IMG/VR virus record: IMGVR_UViG_3300042880_000420
Span: 45,033 to 109,032 of that record
DNA: 64,000 nt
DNA from: a virus
Reading direction: 5' to 3' (one strand)
Below are positions 30,499 through 40,731 of this stretch, piece after piece (position 1 is the first letter of the stretch; each line of letters starts with the position of its first letter). The notes under the pieces are model-generated. The model saw only the letters and a list, made by a program, of their open reading frames with translations, was not told the DNA's origin and did not search any database. The translations under genes and the position numbers were made by a program.

Positions 30499-33400
30499 TT
30501 AAGATAAGATTCCCATATTGCGAAGTTGTGTTATTGCTTGCCCTATTGTATAGCCGTCGAAAGTATCTAAGTCAATTGAGCCATTATTTGTATAAGTTGC
30601 AGCAGCCATAGCAGTAGTTCCTTGTATAGTTGGTACAGCATTGTACAAACCAATTTTGTTATCGCCTTTTACACAAAGTACATCTCTAGAATTATTTGAA
30701 AGTTTTAAAAGCGTGTCATTTGCGTTGTTTCGACTTATAGCTTCAATAGCTCTGTAGTCAGCTGCCGATGTCAAAGTTGGAAGTATATACATACCACGTG
30801 TGATCCCATCAGCGGTTCCTGTTTGATTAATGGTTGTTGTAATTTGTATAGAATTTCTTTGCCAAGACCCTGATGTAGGAGAGTATGACCCTGCGACTGA
30901 AAGTGCTGCTAAATTACTTGCATGCCCAAGCCAATTAGCCCCTCTTATCGTTACTGTTGGATTAACACCATCTTGTACCCAAACTGTATAACCTCTATCA
31001 AATCTAGTTTCGCCGGTAGACCAAGTATATGAAAAGCCACCACCCGTAATATTCCCAAAAGATAGATTTCCATTATTAGCAACTGTAAATAAACTAGTTG
31101 GTGTAGCGTTTTGTAACAAAAATACATTCCCAGTAGATGCTGAATTTCCTTTACCATGAATAGTAGCTGTAGGAACCGAATATTCAAAGTCACCAACTGC
31201 AAACATATCACCATGAAATTTACCTGCAAAAGTTGGATTTACAGCACCTCTGTTTGTAGAAAATTCTAAAGTAGCATTTGTGGTATCGTAGTAACGACTT
31301 CTTACTCTCACAGTTAAAGCAGCTCCAAGAGTACTGTGAGTTACCAAAAATCCCATACCTGCGTAGTTAGTAGTAGCATAAGTACCACTATTTGAGGTAA
31401 GCATTAAATTATTTAGATTTCCGTTGGACACTATATAAAAAGCTCCATTATTACTATTAGCTGCGCCTGCATAAGTCGTAGCAAATGAATAAGGACTTAT
31501 ACTTGTATCTGTAGCAATTATTCTACCACTAGTACTTTCCCACGCATTATGAGTTCCTAATACTGATGTTAAAGTTGGATTATAGTAAATTCCACGTACA
31601 GTACCATTTGCTGTACCTGTTTGGTTGATGATACCTGAAACGCGCAAGCTTGTAAAATTTGCATTGCCACTTGTAGGCTGCCATATAGCATTCCCAGTAC
31701 TTACATGTAGTCCATTAATTGTTCCTGAAGTTGGATTCGAATTAGTCCAAATTGTAGCAGCAGTAACATTATCTCCTGAAACCATTACTCGACCAATTAA
31801 ACTTAAACCTTGTTCTCCTATTCCTGTTTCAATTCTCCAAGTCCTAAATCTTCCATCTGATGTAATAATAGCGACCCCCAGGGAAGAGTGATAAATATTT
31901 TGGTCATTATCTATTTTAAATATATTAGTAGGTGTACTATTTTGTACTAAAAATGCAGTGCCTGTACTAGCGCTATCACCTCTAACGTGTAAACGAGCAG
32001 ATGGAGTAGTTGAAAATCCTATACCCCAACCATTATCTCTAGAAAAAGTACCTATTGCTTGATTATTTGTAAGAACGACTATCTTATCGTAAGTTGCAAA
32101 TGAAGCTTGAAACCCTGTAGTTCTACTGCTACCTTGGTCTCCGGCTAAGTTTAAATAATTAGCTGCTTTTAGTCCTATATCACCATCCGCATATAATTTT
32201 TGAGTTGGGTTAGTAGTTCCTATACTTACATTCCCATTTTCAATAATTCGCATAGCTTCTACAGAATTTGTAGTATTATTTGAGCTAGTATGAAAACGTA
32301 TATTGGTATAACCTAAAGAGCCAATACCACCTAAGTATAAAATATTTTGCGATAGATTAATCACAGAAGTTAAGGTGTTTATAAAACCAACTGAATTAGT
32401 ATACGATTGAGTAGTAAGGTAAAATTCTTTAACCGTATTATCAGATAGTGTAGTTTGGGCTAACATGTTTCCAACTAAATGCAAAGCTTGTGAAGGTGTA
32501 GTAGTACCTATACCTACTTTTGTAGCCAAAAGGGTATCTAAAGCAAGGTTTCCTAAAGTAGTACTAATCTGGCCTTGATATATTCCCCAAGTATTTGCTG
32601 CGTGTCTGCCGAAAGCAACATCAGAACTTGCACTGTTATAAAAACCACTGCCAGAGTTACCTGCAAATATTCTACCATTACCGTTCATCCAGATATTAGC
32701 ACCAAATCCAGGACCACTACCTGATGTGCTTGAATCAGATATAAGAAGTCCAATACTTGTAGCTCCTGTATTACCAATTTTAAGTCCTTTAAATATGCTA
32801 ACACTACCACCACCTCTAAATTCAGCTTCTCCATTATTGAACTGCTCAAATAAAGTTGTAGGTGTAGAGTTTCTAAATACTACAGCAGAACCAGTACTAG
32901 CAGATGCACCTTGTACAGCTAACCTAGCCAAATCAGATGTAGTACCTATAGAAACATTACCACCACTACCAAACATTCTCATTCTCTCTACACCACCAGC
33001 CATAAGTAAGTAATTCATACCACCCATGTCGCCTGAATATGTATTAGGTGTCGAACCGCTAGTTATTCCAAATTCACCGTATGTATTCCCATTAGCTCCA
33101 ATATACCGTATCATAGTTCCAAAAGAAACATCGTTTTGTCGTATAGCTACAGGAACAGTACTTGCTCCTGTTTTTACAATATGTAATTGGTATAACGGAT
33201 TAGATGTGCCTATACCTATTCTATTAGCAAATAAATTATTAGCTCCTAAATCTACATTAGCAGTTGCACCTGTATACGGTACATATCCAGTTAAATTAGA
33301 TGTTAATGCTATAGTTCCAGCAGTATCAGGTAATGTATATATTCTATCTGCTGTATTAGTATTAGTAAAAGATGCGTTAAACGTATTCGCTACGTTTCTT

Positions 33401-33585
33401 AATAAAAATGTTGTATCTAAAAATGTTTTAGCTCCTAAATTAGTTTGTACAAAGGCTAACTTCATATCTCCTTTTGTATCAGCATATGCTTTAACTGCTT
33501 TTTGTGAAGGTACAAGTAAATCACTATCAGCAGATAATAGTGGATCAGTATCTATAGGTACCCCTCTTGTAGTTCCTTGTGCCAA
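30499..33585 (-). CDS. Tail fibre / receptor-binding protein (1028 aa, TTG start)
   Basis: VPSQKAVKAY, VPYTGATANVDLG, repeated [VI]GIGTxxP and SASTG...NSTPT units. Confidence 0.8.
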   Translation of the reverse strand: MAQGTTRGVPIDTDPLLSADSDLLVPSQKAVKAYADTKGDMKLAFVQTNLGAKTFLDTTFLLRNVANTFNASFTNTNTADRIYTLPDTAGTIALTSNLTGYVPYTGATANVDLGANNLFANRIGIGTSNPLYQLHIVKTGASTVPVAIRQNDVSFGTMIRYIGANGNTYGEFGITSGSTPNTYSGDMGGMNYLLMAGGVERMRMFGSGGNVSIGTTSDLARLAVQGASASTGSAVVFRNSTPTTLFEQFNNGEAEFRGGGSVSIFKGLKIGNTGATSIGLLISDSSTSGSGPGFGANIWMNGNGRIFAGNSGSGFYNSASSDVAFGRHAANTWGIYQGQISTTLGNLALDTLLATKVGIGTTTPSQALHLVGNMLAQTTLSDNTVKEFYLTTQSYTNSVGFINTLTSVINLSQNILYLGGIGSLGYTNIRFHTSSNNTTNSVEAMRIIENGNVSIGTTNPTQKLYADGDIGLKAANYLNLAGDQGSSRTTGFQASFATYDKIVVLTNNQAIGTFSRDNGWGIGFSTTPSARLHVRGDSASTGTAFLVQNSTPTNIFKIDNDQNIYHSSLGVAIITSDGRFRTWRIETGIGEQGLSLIGRVMVSGDNVTAATIWTNSNPTSGTINGLHVSTGNAIWQPTSGNANFTSLRVSGIINQTGTANGTVRGIYYNPTLTSVLGTHNAWESTSGRIIATDTSISPYSFATTYAGAANSNNGAFYIVSNGNLNNLMLTSNSGTYATTNYAGMGFLVTHSTLGAALTVRVRSRYYDTTNATLEFSTNRGAVNPTFAGKFHGDMFAVGDFEYSVPTATIHGKGNSASTGNVFLLQNATPTSLFTVANNGNLSFGNITGGGFSYTWSTGETRFDRGYTVWVQDGVNPTVTIRGANWLGHASNLAALSVAGSYSPTSGSWQRNSIQITTTINQTGTADGITRGMYILPTLTSAADYRAIEAISRNNANDTLLKLSNNSRDVLCVKGDNKIGLYNAVPTIQGTTAMAAATYTNNGSIDLDTFDGYTIGQAITQLRNMGILS

Positions 33586-33591
33586 AATATT

Positions 33592-34218
33592 TTAATTTAA
33601 GTTGTTAATAATCTGCTGAAATGTTGATATTAAATTTATTTCTTCGTTTCTTTTTTTTGGATGATGTTTTTTGCACAAACATATTCCATTATTTATATCA
33701 TATCTTAATTCAGGGTAATCTTTCCATGATAATATATGATGAGATTCTAATCTTCCTTCACAATCTAAATTATTAATCTTACATTTCCAATCATCTCTTT
33801 TCTTTACTGAAATACTCCATTCTCCATGTAATTGACCTCCACGTTCTTTAATATCATCTTTTAATTTTGTTCTATCTTCTATCCATTGATATGCTTTTTC
33901 TTTTGTGTATTTACCTGTTAATGTTTTAGATATTTTTTCTTTAACATGATTAGGAACAGAAAATCCTTTTCTAACTTTTCTTGATTTTGCAGTACAACTT
34001 CTAGAACAATATTTAGGATTTTTATTTGATGAAGTGTAATTATTTCCACAACAAATACAAATATATTCTTTAGTAAAATAAGCTCCTTTATTTTTTACAT
34101 TTTTGTTAGAATTACTTATTTTTTGTTTATGCTCTTCAGTTAATTTATGTCCTTTGGTATGAGTGTTTCCATTCAACCAATAATATTTTTTAATAAATTC
34201 TGCTGTTCCTTGTGCCAT
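33592..34218 (-). mobile_element. Free-standing HNH homing endonuclease gene with NUMOD3-like motifs
   Basis: HKLTEEHKQKIS and HVKEKISKTL (NUMOD3-like); CxxC Zn motifs; KRDDWKC...LESHHI...NGICLCKKHH; flanked by a 13-bp direct repeat. Confidence 0.85.
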
Positions 34219-34229
34219 GTTTTTTTTTA

Positions 34230-35471
34230 TTATCTACTTACTTCTTCCCAATCCATTGATGCAACAAGAGTATCATTAGCACCATCAGATGCTACTATTA
34301 ATGTTAACTCATAAGGTGTTGATGATAAACTATTTCTTTCTAATTGAAATTTAAAAAGTGCATCTTTTAAAATGTCTACTTGATTTTTTGATTGGTTACT
34401 TTCACTAAAAAATCCACTTCCAAGTATTCTTCCTCCTGAAAAACTAGTTCCTGTTATATTATATTCTACAGAAGAATTTGTTCCTGCACTTACCCAAGAA
34501 CCACCTGTAGTAGCTCCTGTTCCTACAAGTTGCCAATTATAATTACCTGTAGTAATTGGTAATATAGATAATGCAGAAGGAATTACTACAGCGTCTAATC
34601 TTGTAGATTTAAGACGTAAACTTATTATAGGATAAAATGTTCCTGATGTTCCTAATGTTCTTGGTGTATTAACAGGAATTCCAATAGCTTGTTGTGATCC
34701 ATTAAGTTCATACCCCCCTTCAGATAATACAGTAGAACATATTTGTTTTAATGTACTTGCCCCACTTGTAATTCCTGTATTTGTTATTTCATATCTTAAT
34801 GGTAAAGAAGCTGTAGTAATATATGTAGATGCAATTATGTTAGCATGATGAAAGTTATGACAAACATAAAAATTACCATTTATAACAAAACCTATTCTAA
34901 CTGTTCCCACTCCTAACCACTCAAGATCCATAAATAAAATCTGAGATTTTGTTAAATCAAGTGTTATTCCACTAGGACCTGTTCCATTCATAGGATCAAC
35001 ATTCCAACTTGATTGAGCAACAGGTGTATTTACTAATGCACCTGAAACTGAAGTTCTTTCAACAAAACTAACTGTACTATCATTTTGTTCTAAATAATAA
35101 CCATTAGCTGCTCCATAATATCCAATTCTTTGTCTAAGGTTAGTTTTAGCAGGGCTCATTACAAAAGTACTAAGTACTAACAAACTTTTACCAGGTTGGT
35201 ATGAAAATACTTTAAAAGTCTCTCTAACAACTTCAGAACCTGATGCTGTTGTTACAGCAAGGTCAACTAATCCTTGAGCAGAATTAAATGTTGCTGTTCC
35301 ACTTGTAGCAGTGGCTGTAGCCCACAACCCATTATCTGCATATCTATGACTAGAGTCAAACAATGTAAATGGTTCACTAACTCTTAATCTACCAAATGCA
35401 TCTATGTTAGGAGAGTTTGCATATGAGATAGCTGGACTTATTATACTATATCCTGAATAATTCTGTGCCAT
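34230..35471 (-). CDS. Conserved phage virion protein (DAFGRLRVS family, 413 aa)
   Basis: DAFGRLRVSEPFTLFDS; YQPGKS; EWLGVGTVRIGF. Confidence 0.7.
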   Translation of the reverse strand: MAQNYSGYSIISPAISYANSPNIDAFGRLRVSEPFTLFDSSHRYADNGLWATATATSGTATFNSAQGLVDLAVTTASGSEVVRETFKVFSYQPGKSLLVLSTFVMSPAKTNLRQRIGYYGAANGYYLEQNDSTVSFVERTSVSGALVNTPVAQSSWNVDPMNGTGPSGITLDLTKSQILFMDLEWLGVGTVRIGFVINGNFYVCHNFHHANIIASTYITTASLPLRYEITNTGITSGASTLKQICSTVLSEGGYELNGSQQAIGIPVNTPRTLGTSGTFYPIISLRLKSTRLDAVVIPSALSILPITTGNYNWQLVGTGATTGGSWVSAGTNSSVEYNITGTSFSGGRILGSGFFSESNQSKNQVDILKDALFKFQLERNSLSSTPYELTLIVASDGANDTLVASMDWEEVSR

Positions 35472-35473
35472 AA

Positions 35474-35803
35474 TTAACTAATTTCTGTACCCCAAACTTG
35501 AAATGATAGGCTACTGTTTCCTGAATAAATTCTTATTTTATCTGTAGTTGCAAGTGTTACACCTATTGTAGCAATGAATGTATCATTACCAGCTAACGTT
35601 ACATCATAGTAAAGATAGTCTTTATTAGATGTTGCTGCGCCTGCTTCTGATATAGAAATTCTAAATGTTGTTTGTGAACTTCCTCTATTACATACGGATA
35701 AAGAACTACATACAGTTGATGTAGCAGAAGGAACAGTATACAAATCTGTTTCCGTTGTTGCTGATGGACTACTTTGTCCTAATATTTTATATACGTTACC
35801 CAT
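35474..35803 (-). CDS. Small virion beta-sandwich protein (109 aa)
   Basis: YKILGQSSPSATTETDLYTVP...CNR...SFQVWGTEI pattern common in phage structural clusters. Confidence 0.6.
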   Translation of the reverse strand: MGNVYKILGQSSPSATTETDLYTVPSATSTVCSSLSVCNRGSSQTTFRISISEAGAATSNKDYLYYDVTLAGNDTFIATIGVTLATTDKIRIYSGNSSLSFQVWGTEIS

Positions 35804-35807
35804 AATT

Positions 35808-36053
35808 TTATGCTCCCATTAATAAAAAGTTTTGTTCAAAACCTGCTGCATTGCTTCCTGCTGAAATCCAAGCTGTACCATTCCATATAAATAATGCTAA
35901 TAATGTTGTATCAAAAACTATATATCCTTTATCAGATGTAGTTAAACTTAATGCATTTCTTTGTGTAGTAGTTAAATTATATATTCTACCTGCTTTGATT
36001 TCATTTGAATCAAGGTCAAGATTATGATAATATTTTTTGTCTATATTTGGCAT
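35808..36053 (-). CDS. Small fibre-like protein (81 aa)
   Basis: LTTTQRNAL...GYIVFDTT...IWNGTAW; C-terminal FLLMGA. Confidence 0.6.
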   Translation of the reverse strand: MPNIDKKYYHNLDLDSNEIKAGRIYNLTTTQRNALSLTTSDKGYIVFDTTLLALFIWNGTAWISAGSNAAGFEQNFLLMGA

Positions 36054-36661
36054 TATGATAAATAAGCATAACCTGAAACAGGTTCTGAAAAAGTTATTTG
36101 TAAAATAGATGTAGTTGCATCTGTAACCACTCCAGAAATTTCATTACCAGATACATCAGTAATAAGAACATTAGGTACAAACCCAAGATTATGAGAAATA
36201 TTCCACACAGCAGAAGCAGTAGGAATATAGTACTGATACGAACCATTATTTATTGTTATATTAGGATTTATGTTAATTCTTGTACAGCATCCACCAACAT
36301 TAACATCTACAATATTTACATTTCCATCTCCTGTTGGATAAGAAAAACCTAAATCACAACATGGTATAATTGGACCACCAGAACATGTTTGACCAGCTGT
36401 TGTAAATCCACCAATATATGCTGCGGGATTTCCATTAAATGTAACAGGCAACCAAGACATATATGCTACACTAACTTGTGTAAGTGCACCTGCATCTTCG
36501 TTTTCAGCCCATTTTAAAATTTCATACCTAAGATTAGCCAAATCACAATCAATAGGAGATTTTGCACATTGAATTCCATACTGGTCATATTTATATTTTT
36601 CAACCATGCATTCTGCAAAATTTTCTTTGTAGACATCTTTATATAAAAGTACATTGCTCAT
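36053..36661 (-). CDS. Tail hub/fibre-associated structural protein (202 aa)
   Basis: C-terminal WNISHNLGFVPNV...ITFSEPVSGYAYLS (H-type lectin-like fibre motif). Confidence 0.6.
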   Translation of the reverse strand: MSNVLLYKDVYKENFAECMVEKYKYDQYGIQCAKSPIDCDLANLRYEILKWAENEDAGALTQVSVAYMSWLPVTFNGNPAAYIGGFTTAGQTCSGGPIIPCCDLGFSYPTGDGNVNIVDVNVGGCCTRININPNITINNGSYQYYIPTASAVWNISHNLGFVPNVLITDVSGNEISGVVTDATTSILQITFSEPVSGYAYLS

Positions 36662-36663
36662 TA

Positions 36664-36804
36664 TTAGTTTGAATTATTTGTTTGTACAGCCAAGTTTTGT
36701 TCGTAAGAAGTAACACATGTGCTGCACACTTGTTTTCCATCTGATGCTGTTCTAACTTGACAAGAACAATTAATTGATGTACCGCAGTTTTGACATGTTC
36801 TCAT
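36664..36804 (-). CDS. 46-aa Cys-rich (CxxC-CxC-CxxC) protein, absent from the ORF track
   Basis: MRTCQNCGTSINCSCQVRTASDGKQVCSTCVTSYEQNLAVQTNNSN; exactly fills the gap between two genes. Confidence 0.75.
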   Translation of the reverse strand: MRTCQNCGTSINCSCQVRTASDGKQVCSTCVTSYEQNLAVQTNNSN

Positions 36805-36805
36805 A

Positions 36806-37393
36806 TTAATATTGGTTTTTGTGACAATCTTTACATCCTCCTATATATTTATCAAGTCGTTTTTTAGCATATGTTAATAATTCCATAGCTAAATTAGGAT
36901 CGTGACAATCTTCTGCTTTTACTTTTGCCGCATCAAAATAAGATTTAATTAACCTTAATTCGTTTAATCTTGCTCTTATTTCTACAGGGGGTTCACACGT
37001 TGCTAATTCAAGTTTACATAATTGTTGATTATAAACATTATAAGTTTGTGTCAATCTTAAATGATAATATTCAACATAAACTTGATCGTTAGGACTTACA
37101 GAATATTTAATTTTATAAATACCATCAGGTAATGCAGGTGCTTGTGGAGTACAATTACCAGAAATAATTCCTAAAGTACAAGCATTTAACACCAAATTAA
37201 ATGATGCCATACCGCTACTAGCATATGTTGTAACATCTATTTCAGCTGGTTCTGTAAATCCAGGAGAAGTAATTTGTAATGTAGCACATTTAACATCAAG
37301 TCCTTGTTGGTAAATACTTGCATCAACAACTCTAAAAATGCTTACATTATTAGTTTCGGGAATATCTAAATACAATTGATGTTGTGCTGGCAT
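36806..37393 (-). CDS. Tail hub-like structural protein (195 aa)
   Basis: LQITSPGF...LPDGIYKIKYSVSPN; gene order. Confidence 0.55.
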   Translation of the reverse strand: MPAQHQLYLDIPETNNVSIFRVVDASIYQQGLDVKCATLQITSPGFTEPAEIDVTTYASSGMASFNLVLNACTLGIISGNCTPQAPALPDGIYKIKYSVSPNDQVYVEYYHLRLTQTYNVYNQQLCKLELATCEPPVEIRARLNELRLIKSYFDAAKVKAEDCHDPNLAMELLTYAKKRLDKYIGGCKDCHKNQY

Positions 37394-37446
37394 ATATTAC
37401 TAAGTTTACATTTAAAATATACTGATTTTTTTTGTATTCTGCAAAT

Positions 37447-37486
37447 AAAAAAAAAGAGAGGAATAAATCCTCTCTTTTTTATTTTT
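37447..37486. terminator. Bidirectional intrinsic terminator
   Basis: AAAAAGAGAGGA-ATAAA-TCCTCTCTTTTT with A/T tails on both sides. Confidence 0.85.
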
Positions 37487-37496
37487 TAAGATATTA

Positions 37497-39407
37497 TTAA
37501 TAAACCTCAACAGGAACTACAGCAGCAGCAGCTGATATTGTAGCACCAGAAGCACCATTTGCAATATTTGCAGCAGAAGCGATATAGTCACCAATAAGAG
37601 ATGAACCACTATTAGTAATTGTTGAAAGCTTACCAGCACTAGTCGTTGTACTTGCAAAGAAAGAACTTAATCCAACTGCTTGTGGAACAGCAATTTCAAT
37701 TAAGTATTGATCATTATCAAATACACCAGTAGGATTATTCCAACGAGGTACATTGTGAAGTATGCAAAGCTTGTTGTACAAACCATTTCTGTTTGCAACG
37801 CTTAACATATTAAGTACACCAGGATTTGCTTCAATTTCTCTCATACGGAAAGTATCAATGTTGATACCATCACCAAATGCTTCTTGACGATATCTACCAG
37901 TAAGAATCAAATCACGAAGTACAGTTTCACCAACACCTTGAGCTTGTTGAGCAGCTTGTACTTCAGTAGCAATACCTGCAACACCAATGTTCGGAGAAGA
38001 ACCAATACAAGTAGTTAAACAAGGATCACCAGCATCATCCATAACAGAAGCAATAATCTTAAGAGGCTCAAGATCATAGTTATCAGTTACAGTGAAAGTG
38101 CTGTTACCAAACTTAGTTTCTACATAAGCAGCAGTTAATTCCAAGAAACAATCAGTAGTAAATGTAGCAGCATCAGCATCTGCAACATAAACATGAGCAG
38201 CACTAGTAGAAGCTAAAGTAGTAGCAAGAGCACCTATAGTAGCACCAGTAGCAGTACCTGTAGGAAGAGCTTGAGTATTAGTAGCAGGAATATAAGTAGC
38301 TTGACCTACATAAGTAGGTTGTACACCAGTGCCTACAACTGTATTAAAGAAAGTGGTAGTACCACCGTTAGCACCATACAAATCATTATATGATTTAAAT
38401 GTACCAGTAACTAATGATGGAGCAGTAGATTGAGTAGGCCATGAAATTGTACAAGTAGCAGAAACAGTAAGAACACCAGATAATGCAGGAGCTACAATTT
38501 GTGTAGGATATGTAATTGTATAAGATGTTGTAGAACTATAAGCAGATATATAAGAACCTACTGGAAAACCAGCACCAGTAACAGCAGAACCCAATGTAAC
38601 AGCACCTGATAATGTATTACCAGAAGTTACAGTATATGTAGATGTTGTTGCAGTACCGCCCGCACCTACTGTAGCAGTAGCAGTAGCAGTAACAGCAGTA
38701 ACAAAACTATTTATAGGCATGTTTGTACCAGTAATTCTTTGACCTACAGCAACACCAGAGGTATTGGTAGTATTAAAGGTAAATGTAGTACCTGTTGTAG
38801 TAGGAGAGCCTATACCAGAAATAATAACATTTCCTTTAAATTTGTAAGCTCTAGCTTGCACCATTTGATTAAAATAAGCAGAAGTATTAATTTGCTCTTT
38901 CCAATCAACAATAGTAGCAACAGGATCTTTTACAAAAGTAGGATTTGTAGTGTTGCAACAACCAGTGTAGCTATCAAGCACACGATAGATGTTGTGAGAC
39001 AAGAAACGTAAAGCAGGACTACCTTTAACATCTACACGAAGACGATAAGTAGTATCGCAAGTTAAACCACAACTTACAGGAATCTGAACAACCTGTTGTA
39101 CAGGAGCTTTAGCACCAACCCAAAAAATACGGCTAATATATTTTGGATTAATAAGCTTTGATTTTACAGATTCTTGATAACCACCATGGCTTCCAATAGT
39201 ATCAGAATATCCACTAGATTTGTAATAAGAACCTTGTACAATGTAGAAAGGTTGTGTAGTTGCAGCAGCAGCATAAGTAACTGCGGCATAACTACTATTA
39301 TACAATCCAATTTGACCAGCTGTTAATCCAGATGTTGCTGTAGCAGTGCTTGGTGAAAAAGGACTAGTCCCTAAAAGAGACATTTTAAAGGCGTGACTAA
39401 AATACAT
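37497..39407 (-). CDS. Abundant structural protein (auxiliary capsid-like) with Thr/Ala-rich insertion (636 aa)
   Basis: ESVKSKLINPKYI; YRLRVDVKGSP; LHNVPRWNNPTGVFDNDQY; strongly biased codon usage; own promoter and terminator. Confidence 0.65.
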   Translation of the reverse strand: MYFSHAFKMSLLGTSPFSPSTATATSGLTAGQIGLYNSSYAAVTYAAAATTQPFYIVQGSYYKSSGYSDTIGSHGGYQESVKSKLINPKYISRIFWVGAKAPVQQVVQIPVSCGLTCDTTYRLRVDVKGSPALRFLSHNIYRVLDSYTGCCNTTNPTFVKDPVATIVDWKEQINTSAYFNQMVQARAYKFKGNVIISGIGSPTTTGTTFTFNTTNTSGVAVGQRITGTNMPINSFVTAVTATATATVGAGGTATTSTYTVTSGNTLSGAVTLGSAVTGAGFPVGSYISAYSSTTSYTITYPTQIVAPALSGVLTVSATCTISWPTQSTAPSLVTGTFKSYNDLYGANGGTTTFFNTVVGTGVQPTYVGQATYIPATNTQALPTGTATGATIGALATTLASTSAAHVYVADADAATFTTDCFLELTAAYVETKFGNSTFTVTDNYDLEPLKIIASVMDDAGDPCLTTCIGSSPNIGVAGIATEVQAAQQAQGVGETVLRDLILTGRYRQEAFGDGINIDTFRMREIEANPGVLNMLSVANRNGLYNKLCILHNVPRWNNPTGVFDNDQYLIEIAVPQAVGLSSFFASTTTSAGKLSTITNSGSSLIGDYIASAANIANGASGATISAAAAVVPVEVY

Positions 39408-39485
39408 AGTTTTAAATTTTAATTGTTAATAAATAAATAAATGTTTATAAGAATAATATATGAAATTGATTTAAATTTTCCAAAT

Positions 39486-39947
39486 TTATTTTAGGAAAAT
39501 AAGTTTATATTTAATTGAGTTAATTGTACTCTTAATATTATCAAGGTCATTGATAATTTCAGAATATGGCATTTTAGATTGAAGACCGTTTACCATACTG
39601 TAGATTTCTCTAAGATAATTAATACCATCATTTACAGATTCAAGCATTCTAGGCGCAGAATCTGTACATTCTAATAGTTTTTCAGCTGCACCTTGAAATC
39701 CTTCAGCAATAGTATCAGCATGGTCAGGAAGCGCATCATATAGTTCATTAAGAGCTGTATGAGAAGCATGAGAACCAATACCTGTCACTTTAAGATGAAG
39801 TTTATGAAAACTAACAGCAGCGTTCATAAGTTCAGATACACATGCAGCTGCCATCTTTTCTAAAGAAGAACCGGTAGGTGCTCCAGAATATTCAGCAGTT
39901 TTACTAGGACTACTACTAAAAATGTTTGTTCTAGATATTTTTTGCAT
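39486..39947 (-). CDS. Ferritin/Dps-like protein (DUF5856-like)
   Basis: HKLHL...SHASHTALNELYD...DTIAEGFQG; C-terminal KYKLIFLK. Confidence 0.75.
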   Translation of the reverse strand: MQKISRTNIFSSSPSKTAEYSGAPTGSSLEKMAAACVSELMNAAVSFHKLHLKVTGIGSHASHTALNELYDALPDHADTIAEGFQGAAEKLLECTDSAPRMLESVNDGINYLREIYSMVNGLQSKMPYSEIINDLDNIKSTINSIKYKLIFLK

Positions 39948-39967
39948 TTTATTATGTTTTATATATA

Positions 39968-40675
39968 TTAATTATTTCGTTCAGCCGATTTTTCATTTCT
40001 TTGATATTGCGTCATTGCTTCTATATCACCAGCTAATATAGATGCAGCTTCATCACAAATAAGTTCTACAATATCATCTTTAAGTTCACTGGTAACATCT
40101 GTTGTAACAGTGGAACCTGTGTTTAAATCTATACATCCGACAAACTCTACATCTACCGGTTTTCTATAATAGTTTAATTTAGGATTTACTACGCTAAATT
40201 CACCATTAGTATAAATTCTAATTTTATTATTTACTAATGTACAAAAAGTTTCGGCCCAACTAAATGATGGTTTTGAAAACATATCTACTAATAAAAGATC
40301 TACATCAGCCTCTTCTGCAAGGTAGACAACAAAAGGTCTTGGATCTTTACAGCTATCTGTTACACCTTGAATAGAAACTCTTTTAAATTCTAAATAATTA
40401 GTAGGTAGGGAATCCACTTGAAAGTATGTAGGATCTACCAAGTTTCCAGAAAGATTAATGGTTGTCAATAATTTCTGAAGATCATCAATCCTTCTTTTTG
40501 AAGCTTCATCCCCTTCCTTGTAATTATTTGTACCATGGAGTTGTCTTCTAACCCATTCAATTTGTGCTTTATTAAAAGCTTCAGCAATTTGCCAACATTC
40601 TAAATTGTCATAATCAAAAGAAGAAAGTTTATTCAACCTCTCCTTAATTTTTATTTGTAATAGATTGTTGTTCAT
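39968..40675 (-). CDS. Tail ring / head-tail connector protein (235 aa)
   Basis: FNKAQIEW...RRIDDLQKLL...YYRKP; gene order after MCP. Confidence 0.65.
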   Translation of the reverse strand: MNNNLLQIKIKERLNKLSSFDYDNLECWQIAEAFNKAQIEWVRRQLHGTNNYKEGDEASKRRIDDLQKLLTTINLSGNLVDPTYFQVDSLPTNYLEFKRVSIQGVTDSCKDPRPFVVYLAEEADVDLLLVDMFSKPSFSWAETFCTLVNNKIRIYTNGEFSVVNPKLNYYRKPVDVEFVGCIDLNTGSTVTTDVTSELKDDIVELICDEAASILAGDIEAMTQYQRNEKSAERNN

Positions 40676-40731
40676 TTTTTTATTATTTTGTCAGCTTATA
40701 GCCTTACTATTGAATAGAAAATGTCAGTTTA

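Noticed and set aside
30499-33585. Diversity-generating retroelement acting on the tail fibre
   Set aside because: No reverse transcriptase and no TR/VR pair seen in the window
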